Positions 1 to 64,000 of a stretch of 64,000 nt of DNA are shown here, piece by piece. The translations under genes were made by a program, and so were the position numbers. Below the pieces are notes generated by a model. The model was not told the origin of the DNA, ran no database searches, and was given only the letters and a program-made list of their open reading frames with translations. Each line of letters begins with the position of its first letter. Within the stretch, counting starts at the first letter, position 1. The stretch comes from Amoebidium appalachense (Eukaryota; Protista; Ichthyosporea): the NCBI GenBank assembly GCA_963693365.1, contig CAVNZM010000009.1, forward strand, positions 2,792,231 through 2,856,230, written 5' to 3'.

Positions 1-3936
<3,936 letters not shown>

Positions 3937-5157
3937 GATTGGTTGTCTGGTCCACCTAACTATAATCAGCATAGACAAAAAAATGGTTCGTGTATTTCTG
4001 CCCAATGTTGGGCTCAAATGCAGCAGAAAAAAAGGTAGTACCAGCTATCCCAGCACACAAACAACCCTTGAAACTATCTTTTGATGGGCATCCAAACGTG
4101 AAATGGGAGATGTCCCTCTGCTACCCTGCCTACACTGACTAGAGGAAATGTCTCTGGGTCGCGTGCTCCTCAGAAATCATTGCACTATAAAAATCAGTGA
4201 AAATATAATGGGAGTTGTCAGTTTCTAGCTCTAATATTAGATCTGCCTCAAAAGTATGCCTACAGGCACGCAGCTCTCTCTCCCTCCCTCCCTCTCTCCC
4301 ATGTGTGGTGGTGAAGTAGGAGGAGGCCTTGGGTGGTGTGTGGGGCACGCGCGCGCGCCGCCCGGCGGAACTCAGTCTGAGGCTGAGCCAGCGCAGGGGC
4401 GAAGTGCTATATATAGACTCTATACAGGTAAAGTAACGCTAAATATAGTCAAATCATGCATCATGTGATGTAGTTGGGCCAAGACCGTGCTTTCGAAGCG
4501 CTGGCTAAAGCAGTGAGCGGGGTGGCGTGGCCGGGCAGCGGCGAACACTCGACCTTGCAAGAGGGTACGTCGGGAACGGGAACGGGGAGGGAGGGGTCAA
4601 TTCAGAGGGGTTTTTCACAAAACTGAAGATAGGTTTGGTATGTTCTTCAGTTATAGTGTTTTTTGGAAGAATACAGTTTGTTTTGACACACATCATGAGT
4701 GGTAGCATGTTGCATCGAACCAAATTCTAAATGGGAGTACTGAAGGGCTTTTCTGTAGTTTGTGATCATAGGTTTAGTGAGAAGGTGTATAATAATCAGC
4801 ATATCAAAAATTAGGTCTATTCAATACCCCCCTTTTGTGTCGTTTTTGATGTCACTGATGAGAGATGATGGTCTGATCTAGAGAACGATGGATAATTTTC
4901 TGTATGCAAGGTTCTTCCTACTGGAGTTAACGGGTGCATGCCTTCACATTCTCGACCGGTTCAACCCAAGCTGTGAACACATTCACGCACAGATGTGCAC
5001 AAGCACTGATACAGCAAATATAGCCACATCGCACACATCCAAGCAAGCACTTGTACATATAAGCACCCACAAGCACGAGAATACACGCTAACACACTTAA
5101 GCAAACACACACACCTAAGCTTGCACATCATATGAAAATGCACACAAGCAAAATACC

Positions 5158-5228
<71 letters not shown>

Positions 5229-5432
5229 GCACGCACGCACGCACGCATACACACACATGCCCATATTACACAGGCACACACTGGCGCACGGCTATTGCCT
5301 GATAGATACAGGGGCAGCCTCTCGTACGTGCCGACATACATTTTCCAGGATCCAGCGCTCGTCACATCCACCTCTTTTTCATGCTCTTAATGATTAGACA
5401 ATTCCTTTTTTCCAGATCTATTGACCATCAAC
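3937..5432. promoter_or_regulatory. Putative bidirectional promoter / 5' UTR region between uL3m and Rieske genes
   Basis: Divergent ATGs at 3936 (-) and 5433 (+). CpG-rich patch at ~4340-4590 and TATATATAG at ~4407. Acceptor-like sites just upstream of both ATGs imply 5' UTR introns. Confidence 0.45.
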
Positions 5433-5647
5433 ATGTTCGCCCTCCGCGCTGGTGTGAGCACCGCTGTCCGGGCAGCTGCCCGCAGCCCTGCCCCGGCCGT
5501 CGCTACGAGCATTCTGCGCAGCGCTGCAGGTAATGTAAAAACATGCACGGGCATTGGGGAAAATTGCTGTGTGAACGGGGATGGCGGGTAGGCCGTGACG
5601 AATTGTATAAATATATGCGCGCGCGCGAGCAAGGGAGAGAGAGAGAG

Positions 5648-5678
<31 letters not shown>

Positions 5679-6502
5679 AAGTAGCACAGCCAACATTAGC
5701 CGTGTTGGACAGTTGGTTTAGATGCAACGTTTGGTGGAGTTGACTGTTGGCTGTTCACTGGAAATGCAGGTATGGCCGAAAGGCCTACAAAATTTGTTGG
5801 GGTTAGTTTCCGGCCGGCCATTTTTTTGTGAGAAAGGGGAGCAGGAGGGGGGAGGGGGGAGGGGAGGGGAGCATGGGGGGTTGGTTTCGTCCCTGTGTGG
5901 TCTCTTGCATATACCCCAACCAATGATTTTACCGTTGAATCCCCCCCCCCCCCCCCCCCCCCCCGAAACGGTAGTCTTGCGGTTCTCTCCCTTTTCTTCC
6001 CCAACAAGCGCATTCATTTGCTAGCAGGACTCTCTGTCAACCCGCTTCCACACACAAATTCCTCCGTGGAACGATAATGGGCCAAGTGTTTGGGTGGCCG
6101 TGTCGAAATTCTTTTTTTTTTTTTTTTTTTTTTTTTTTGATTATTTTGAATATCCAGCTAACAACCCACCCCCCCCCCCCCCCCCCCCCCCCCCGTCTCA
6201 CCCACTTCCTCCCGCTCCCCTGAGGATAGGCTCTGCTTATAGTGCATGCTCTTTGTGTGATTTGCACTCTGCACTGTGTTGTCAGCTATGAATGTGTACT
6301 CCGTACTCTATAACACGTTCTAACTCCCCTCCCCCCCTCCCCCCCCCCCCCCCCCCCCCACCACCACACACACACACACACAACACACACACACAGGCTC
6401 CCAACGGTCACTTCACAACGACCTCCCCATGCCGGATTTCTCCGCCTACAAACGTGACGAGTCTCGCAATGACATTGAGAGGCGCTCGTTCACCTACTTC
6501 AT

Positions 6503-6538
<36 letters not shown>

Positions 6539-7479
6539 TTGTGTGTGTGTGTGTGCGTGCATGTGTGTGTGTGGTGGGTGGGTGGATGGTTGATTGGTTG
6601 GACGGGTGTGCATGTGTTTTGTGTTGTGTGTGGTTGTTTGTTATCAGGGGAGGGGAGGAGGGCTGAGGGAGTGAGAACTCTGGTGTGTATAGGTAGTGAG
6701 TGGGTATGTGCATGGGCTTGGGCCAGAGCATAGATACCAGGTGCCGGAGGGGGGGGGGGGGGGGGATGCTACATTGGTAGGGTTGTACTGGGGCATGGAT
6801 GTGAGTGTGATCACGCTTTGTTTAGTTGGAGGTCGGGTGGGATATGCTGACCAGGGCCCCGTAATGGTATGGCTGACTGGGCGGAGTGACAACCCAAAGG
6901 GAGGAAAGAAAATGGGAAAATACACACACACACACACACACTTATACACACACACACACACGTACACATGTACCAACAATTGCATGTCCGAGATTAGTTT
7001 CTTGTACAAAGACAACGGTTCGGATTGTTCTATCGTGGATGACTTGGGACCAGCTGCCCCAACCATCTGAAATGAATACTCCGAATGTGTGATTCTCTTT
7101 GTAGGTTGTGCCACGTCTGCTTTCTAATCTAACACATCCCTCCCTCCCCCCTCCCCGCCTAAATTTACCCGTATGTACGCGCAACACATACACACAGGCC
7201 GGTGCCGGCACGATTCTTGGTGCCGTGTCAGTCAAGAACACTGTCACTGACTTCCTCGTGTCCATGAGTGCCTCCGCTGATGTGCTTGCCTTGGCCAAGA
7301 TCGAGGTGGGTGGGGGTTTATAATATATAATGTATAATCATGTGTATAGTTTAAAATGTATATTTATGTGTATATGTCTGTGCGTGTGTTCGTGCATGGT
7401 GCGTGTGTCTTTGATATATAATGTGTAGAAGGTGTGTACATGTCTGTGGTGCGTGCACTTGTGTGTGTGTGTGTGCGTG

Positions 7480-7524
<45 letters not shown>

Positions 7525-7907
7525 GTGTGGGTGGGTGCATGGGTGGAGAGGGGTGGGGTGGAAGGTGGGGGGTTTGTGTGTGGGGGAGGGGGTGGTTTTT
7601 TGTTTGGGGGGGAAGGGGGGTGGGGGGGGGGGGGGGGGGGGGTTGTGTGCACTCCTGTATAAATGTTTTTGCATTATGTCCGTACATATCTGAACACACA
7701 CATGCCCCACCCCCTATTTGTGAGTGTTTGAGAAGAACACTATCGAAGATGTTGGGCATGTGTGTGTGTGTGTGTGTGGTGGAGGGGGGGGGGGGGGGAG
7801 GGGGAGGAGGGGTTAGTCAATAACCGTGGTTGGCTGTAGCCTCGAAGATATTTGATGATGAGATTTGAGTAAGCCTCTGGTTGGTTATGAGAGGTACGGA
7901 AGGCATG

Positions 7908-7940
<33 letters not shown>

Positions 7941-9096
7941 ACCACCACCACCACCATCACCCCCTCTCCTCTCCTCATACCCCAGTCTCAACCTTCCTGC
8001 CCTCACTCACTCCCCTTCTCCAACACCGCCTGATACTGCCCACAAACACACACACACACACATACACCTGCACACACACGTACACGTACACACACACGTA
8101 CACACCCACCCACAAACACACGTACATGTACACGCACACAGGTTGACCTTACGGCCATCCCCGAGGGTAAGAACCTTGCGCTCAAGTGGCGTGGTAAGCC
8201 CCTGGTCATCCGCCACCGCACTGCTGCCGAAATTGCAGAGGCAAACACTGTGGATCTCAAGGAACTGCGTGACCCCGAGACTGACAGGTACTGTGCGCAC
8301 ATGCACACACACACGTACACACACGCACACGAGCACACGTTTCATCAGTATTCGTGGGCGCATGTACATGGACACATGTAGAAAATATGCATATACGTTT
8401 ATTATACATCAACACACAAGCACTCACACATGTACATGCGTACAGTTACATGAACGGATGTGCACGCACACACGGGTACATGGACACGTGTTTTGCAAAT
8501 ATGGAGACCCATCAATACGTGTGACGAATACATACGTGCTAGACGCATGTGTGTGCGTGCATGTACATGTGTGTGTGCGTGTTTGTAGATGCATGACGTT
8601 GTCCTCTATGACATCCGTGCGCAACAATATGCAACATAATCCCCCCCCCCCCCCACCCACACGCACCTACCCACCCTAGCAGAATTATGTCTGTTTACTC
8701 CTGTTGCATTTTTCCATGTATGCTCACCTAATGATGGTCCTCGGCTCGCAAGTAGCAGACTCTTGTCTTTAGAGGAGGGCCCTTCCCCTCCCGTTTCTTG
8801 TTGTTCTTTTGTTTTTGCTCTGTTTTTCCTTTTTGTGTCAACATGCACTGACATATGCCCTCTTTTCCCGCAGCGCACGTGTGCAGAAACCCGAATGGCT
8901 GATCATGATTGGTGTGTGCACGCACCTCGGGTGTATTCCCGTGGGCGAGGCCGGTGAATACGGTGGCTGGTTCTGCCCGTGCCACGGCTCACACTACGAC
9001 ATTAGCGGACGTATTCGCAAGGGGCCCGCACCCCTGAATATGGAGGTGCCCCCTTACCAGTTTACCGAGGGCGACACCAAGGTTGTTGTTGGTTAA
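5433..9096 (+). CDS. UQCRFS1: Cytochrome bc1 Rieske iron-sulfur subunit. Exons 5433-5529, 6397-6503, 7198-7305, 8142-8287, 8874-9096
   Basis: Spliced product [18 protein letters not shown]...PDFSAYK...RRSFTYFM|AGAG...[15 protein letters not shown]|[11 protein letters not shown]...KWRGKP...|...CTHLGC...[30 protein letters not shown]. Both 2Fe-2S boxes are intact and all introns are GT-AG. Confidence 0.97.
6217..6325 (+). repeat. Intronic ~120-nt element, copy 3 (subfamily B, diverged)
   Basis: CCCCTGAGGATAGGCTCTGCTTAT...GTGTACTCCGTACTCTATAACACGTTCTAAC, then a C-rich run. Ends ~70 nt before the Rieske intron 1 acceptor. Confidence 0.8.
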
Positions 9097-10589
9097 TTTT
9101 TTTCTTTTAAAACTCCGGTTAATGGGTATATAAAGTAGTGGAGATGGATGTAGTGTTTTGTGGTGTCTCAAGTGTTTATTCTCCGAATTTTCGTGATTGT
9201 ACGACCTGTATAATTTGCGAATTATGCGGAGAAGGAGAGAAAGGACGGCGGGTTGTGTGAATATACGGAAGGATAGACCGGGTGTTTTTGAAGTTCGAAG
9301 CTAAAACCCACAACCATGTGTTTTTTTTTTTTTCTTTTTTTTTTTTCGCCTTTTGGTATAACAACGTATGGGTTCGTGACCGTTAGGCAACACGTTTCTT
9401 GTTTGCACCGAGCCTGTGGGTGTGCCCGGACCAATAATGCCACCTAATAAAATCTATTCTTCCATAAAATTACTGTGATGGCATGTCCACCCATCTTTAT
9501 CTCAGATAGTCCCCAAAGAATGGAAATTTGCTTCTGATGCAGATTCTTGTGCGTTTTTTTATTGCAAATTCTGCATACGCATGATCGTGTTGCCTGTCAT
9601 GTGTATTTCGTACACCATACCAAAGTCTGTATAGGACACCTCCCCCCCCCCCCCCCCCCCCTCCCTCCCTCTGGCTTTTGGAGGTGATGGCAGGCATGTA
9701 GGCTCAAGTGTCTTCTGTCTCGGCAATGTTTTTGTAGGTTTATAGGTTTGATTTGTTCTATTTTTTTGTAACGATTTTGTGTTTGGTCTTCGAAACTCGA
9801 CTGCAGCGCTAGCGCATATCTCATGCATACATCCCCCCCCCCCCCCCCCCCCCCCCCCCGCACTTATTTTTTTTTTCAGGGCCTGCCTGCACACGTATTA
9901 TAGTAGTAATTGTTTTTGTACATGTCGAATTTTTGTATCATCCTCTAAATTCCCCCACCCTCCACCCCCCTTCCTTGAGTCCCCTGCATGCCGGGGCCAC
10001 CCGCGGCCGCTGCGTCCAGGACGGGTCCTTGTGTCCCGCTGTATGCTGCAGGCGTGTGCTTGCGAGGTGATAATCATGGCGCCTTGTCTTTATTTATAGT
10101 ACTTGTACTATCATAAAAGCCACTCGCTTCGTGCACGCGGCTAATTTTCAACTGCCATATCTACACAATGAATTAATCAATTACACAATCACCACACCCC
10201 TCTTAAGCTTAGTCGTGATTCACACACTCATATCTAACAGGGCATGCCGAAGAACTGGTATACTATCATGATCATCGATATCGTGACAGGCGTATCCGAT
10301 GATCATGCACGTCACCTACTCCATAACACTCTTGTGCATTTATCGGAGTTTACCATAACTATGTAGTATATATTAATTGTTAACTCTTAGTAATCATCAG
10401 CGCTTCATTACTTCACTCAATAAATTCGACTCCCTGCCTTGCAATCTCTTGCAATTAACAAACTTAAATATCTCGGCTATTTAACATGAATAATTGAAAT
10501 CACGAACCAATCAACATCGAAGTTTCGAAGCATTGAAGGGGGGTTTCGGGGGTTTACGCACTATCATTGAAGGGGGGTTTATTGAATTG

Positions 10590-10960
10590 TGATATCCAAC
10601 TATACGGCTTATTAAATCCAAGTAACCAACTATCCAACATTGAACTGAATTTCCACCTATCCATCTTTGCAGAATAAGGTAACCAATTATCCCGCATATC
10701 AAAAAGAAGTAACCAACAATCCAACTGAAAAAATATTGAACTTTCAACTGTCCAACTGGGCTATCAAGAGCTATCAAACATATATTAGGAGTGAAATATC
10801 ATGATAAATATTCAACTAAATGTTGAAGCAACCAGCTAGCATATCCAACACAAAAACGTTGAATATCTAAATATCACGTAGTGATAGAAAAAAATCTAAC
10901 TATGTATTCAACATTGAGATATTAAAATAGCTAACTATCAAACATCAAAACACCCGACTT
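10590..10960. repeat. Degenerate AT-rich tandem repeat (AACCAACTATCCAAC-like units)
   Basis: Recurring taaccaactatcc/tatccaact/aactatc motifs in intergenic DNA. Confidence 0.5.
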
Positions 10961-11045
10961 TATAAGCATCACATCAAATTCCTCTTAGTTTCCATTAAAA
11001 CATGTACAATAGCTATCCCAACCAACAGCATGCACATATCACAGG

Positions 11046-12142
11046 ACTTATTTGGGCGGACGGGAGGCTTCCCTTCACCCGTATAACCGGTTCCAACTCT
11101 ACCGCACGTATGTTCGCCCACTATGTGAATATGGCCTCCCACTACTGGCGCTAGCACCGGAGGAGATTATCGCCCTGGCCATGCAGCCACTTCTAAATCT
11201 TCACTACGGCCCGGCCTGTTCCTTTCTCACAGGTCTTTCCCCTATCTCCCGCCGTTTGTTTGATTCTTTGTTTGCTTTTCCTCCACCCCAACACCGCATC
11301 CAAGAATTAGCACTAAAGTTTACGTTTCATTTAGACCGCCTCCGCGTGACCGCACCACACCACCCCTTGTTTGTGCTCCACACCGCCCTGGTTGCCACCC
11401 CCGTATATCTATCCCCTGAGATTTCTCTCCCTATCGTAGATAAATATTTGGAATTTGCAAACACCCCCCCAAAATTACGGCACGATCACAGCAAGGGGAT
11501 GGATGGTTTTAGATCCTTGGTAGATCGGTTTCTTTTCACGTTACGGGCTGATTCTTTGCCGTGTTTAGGTGGGCCTAGGGAGGGCAAATTAGTTTCATAT
11601 ATGCGGGACACCGTTAGGATAGATAGATGTCAGATAGACGCATTTCTTAAAGACACAGTAGACGGCCGTAATGTGCAAATGGCTTTAGCTTGGCGTTGTA
11701 ATCATTTCCTAATGAATACATATAGGCCCACTAAATGTACTCGTTGCTCAGGCAGCTTTTTTCTTAGGGGTTGTGTCGTTAGATGTGGTTTGCTCACGGG
11801 TGTACTCCCCCCAGAGGCCTTAGCATCTCTTCGTAGCTAGGTACACGCTCTTCCGGCAGAGACCCCCCACTTGGAGGGGTTCTCTGTGATAGATTTTCTC
11901 TTAAATTCGGCTCAGTTTGATTTGGTAGTTTTAGCTCTGTCTTTCTTATCTAGCCTTCCACCCGTGTGAGTTATGGGTGTATATATATCCTGTAAACCCG
12001 GTGTATGTATAGCTCGGGGCGCCTGCGACGCCCCTCGTCTAGTGTGTGGCCGTGCTGGAAAACGCAGTAAGCCACACATGCACGCGAGGGGCTGTGCTCT
12101 CACAGTATCCCAAAATATGGACCGTGTAAACCTAAAAAAAAA
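11046..12142 (+). mobile_element. 5'-truncated non-LTR retrotransposon remnant (post-RT region, Cys motif, 3' UTR, short poly-A)
   Basis: Intronless ORF with LYRTYVRPLCEYG (typical motif just after LINE RT) and C-terminal CTRC...CVVRC. An in-frame TAG at 11838-11840 is followed by 42 more codons (SVIDFLLN) to TGA 11967-11969. A 3' stem-loop lies at ~12029-12093 and A9 at 12134-12142. The 5' boundary is approximate. Confidence 0.75.
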
Positions 12143-12222
12143 ACCTTTTGAATAACCTCAAACCTGACAATATGGGTTCTATCTTAAAAGAAAATTCGTT
12201 ACATTTCAGCTTCCGGTAGAGT

Positions 12223-51546
<39,324 letters not shown>

Positions 51547-52851
51547 GGCCAGAGAGAAAATTGGAGATTTTGATTTTTTTTATTTCCTATAGTTACCCTT
51601 CTGTTTCAAGACATGTACAGAGGCAAATCTCTGATGGCAGGGGTGCCTGTGACAGAAGAGAGTGCCAACATCCAAAAAGCAGCCGTTGATCGTCGATCGA
51701 GTCTACACACACTATACTACTCTACACATACATAGTGAAAGTGCACATGTGACTATAGGTGTACTATTCGACTATTCGACTAAACATTACAGAAGCGTTA
51801 GGTTAGGAATGGTTACATGATGAACGACTGATGTTCCGGAGGTATTTTGCCAAGTTTGCTTTTTGGAGGGAAGTGGTGCAGAAGATGCCAATGAAATCGT
51901 TCTATGAGATAAGGTTGATATCGTTTCAACCAATCCCATATATTATTCGTACAACCTTACGTAAGGTGGCTCTCTGATGCTCTCCTATCCAATCAACTCA
52001 GACTAGTCTTACCATACGTCATCACCCCATCTGCTTTTTGCTTTTATGGTCTACGTTTTTTAGACTAACGTTGTAGAGATAACGCATCGTCATGTGGCCG
52101 CTTTGATCACAAAACGAGACCTGGCTTTGACGCTTTTTCTTCTTCAAAACTTTACTCTTTCTTTCACTTTCTTGTTTTTCCGCTGGAACTTTGTTAGGAT
52201 GGAACCTTGACGAGCACGTGCATAGGATTAAGTGCAAAGTGCGTGTTAACTCTTTAGCTCCGTGGTTCAAGCAGACCTATCCAAGAGAGGGAATTACGGT
52301 TACAACATAACAACCGGTATATATAGGATGTACATAATTTCACTCACACCATAGGAATTATAGCTTCAGATAAACTTTGGGTACCGTACTGTGGCGGCAG
52401 TGTGGCGAGTGGCGTGAGGTTGAAGACTAGAAGTTGAAGCCACTATTAAAAGTCGGGGTACACTGATTTGAGCTCATTTCCCCGAACTATTAGGAGCGCT
52501 TTGATACCTACATACTTGCCGAAGAGTGTTTACGTCATCGTGTATTCACTCACCAAGACTCTATCCGCCTTTGGAACAGTGTTTGGGCAGGCTCATTTTT
52601 TAGAGCCTCCTTCCTGACATGCACGTCAGGATAAGTATGCATCTTAATACAAACGCGCGCAACTTGTTTCATTCCCTCACTGGAAACAGCACTCCAGTCA
52701 TGGGGCACCGTATATAAACCTCACTTGAAGCAGACACGACAGGTCCTGTCGCAGATATTTTCGAGCCCAACGCTTGTTGGGGTCACCCGTGTATATTCAG
52801 CTGGACCAAGGAAAGCGATTTGAGCTTCTTGTTTTTTGCTTAATAGGAAAA
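51547..52851. promoter_or_regulatory. Putative bidirectional promoter region between ABCC and kinase genes
   Basis: Divergent ATGs 1.3 kb apart. The region lacks the microsatellites and homopolymers seen in introns. TATATAAA at ~52711. Confidence 0.4.
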
Positions 52852-62890
<10,039 letters not shown>

Positions 62891-62984
62891 CGCATTATTA
62901 TTAATATTATTGTTATTGTTATTATTATTATTATTTAACTTTTTTTTGTTGGTTTTTTTGTTGTTGTTGGGAGGGGGGAAGCGG

Positions 62985-63036
<52 letters not shown>

Positions 63037-63123
63037 GTATATGGTGACGTGGTTTTCTTTTTCATTGGGTGTAGTTGGTGCGTTTCAACGGCTCCCTGAC
63101 GGTTACATGCGCTTCCTGTTGGT

Positions 63124-63173
<50 letters not shown>

Positions 63174-63192
63174 GTGATGGTGGTGTTGGTGG

Positions 63193-63231
<39 letters not shown>

Positions 63232-64000
63232 GCATGAATGGAACAGGTGTTTGGCGCGCGTGTCTAATATTATATGAAAAGGCACGTGCCTGTCCTAATT
63301 AGGAAGTTCCTAACTATATAGTTTTTTTATTGGCTGTGCCTGGTATGTGTGTTGACAGGCACCCCCCACCCAATAATCACTAGATTACGCAGAACCTTTA
63401 ACCGAAACGAGTTTTTCGATTTATTAGGTGCCAAAATACTCCCAGATGTAAGAGCAAGCGCCCCTTGTACATATTTTATCTGTACGTGTGCCGTAGTTTT
63501 AAAAGAAATGAAGTGTCGACTTCATCTAGCTGTGCTGTAGGAAGCGTATTTACCGAATTGTATTTACCGAATAATATGGCCCAACATGTAATATGATATG
63601 ACAGCGACATGATTTTGGGATTTATTAACGAACACACATGTATATGCATAGCAAAGAGATAGTCTGATCATACAACATACAATGATTTTCGATTTGCAAT
63701 TGTATCTAACGCACCAAATGTGAGATAGGTCCGTACGCTGAAAACCCCCTAGGTATAGGAAGATGGCTTTACATAAATCGAAAAAAAAAAAAAAAAAACG
63801 GTATTTGCAGATATTATGTCACCAAAATAAAAACATAACCCCAATAAGCACAACCCTATGCGTGTCTGGCCCCCCGACTTTGGTCCGTACAACGAACCCT
63901 CCTTGGCACCTGATTGGACAAAACGCGATCCGATGACGTAAAGTCAGGGGGGAACGGCTTGATCCCCGAGCGACATATAGGGGCTGTCAGGCTCCCATTT

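Noticed and set aside
11838-11840. In-frame TAG as programmed readthrough or an alternative genetic code
   Set aside because: It lies in a truncated retroelement, and no in-frame TAG appears in the host gene exons I translated. A nonsense mutation is the simpler explanation.
12000-12130. Ribozyme in the LINE 3' UTR or in the 58-kb island
   Set aside because: I could not match a hammerhead (CUGAnGA...GAAA), HDV or twister core by eye; only generic stems are present.

Overview
Intron-rich eukaryotic genomic DNA; the protein sequences suggest an opisthokont protist, but the taxon is inferred, not shown. Most entries in the ORF track are microsatellite artefacts. I reconstructed four spliced genes by hand, arranged as two head-to-head pairs: mitochondrial ribosomal protein uL3m (minus, runs off the left edge) with the Rieske Fe-S protein of complex III (plus), and an approximately 44-exon SUR/MRP-type ABCC transporter (minus, 12223-51546) with a PKA/PRKX-like AGC kinase (plus, 52852-62890). 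Also present are an intronic tRNA-Leu(AAG), a 5'-truncated non-LTR retroelement, a 209-bp poly(A) retroposon with an 18-bp TSD, and a TTAA-bounded foldback element. Three observations stand out. (1) A ~110-140 nt intronic element family has six copies in all four genes, always sense to the host transcript and abutting C-runs. (2) Many introns have (GT)n/poly-G near the donor and poly-C/(AC)n running into the acceptor AG in place of a polypyrimidine tract. (3) At five sites, degenerate copies of an exon junction lie in the adjacent intron. Exon coordinates were counted by eye and may be off by a few bases.
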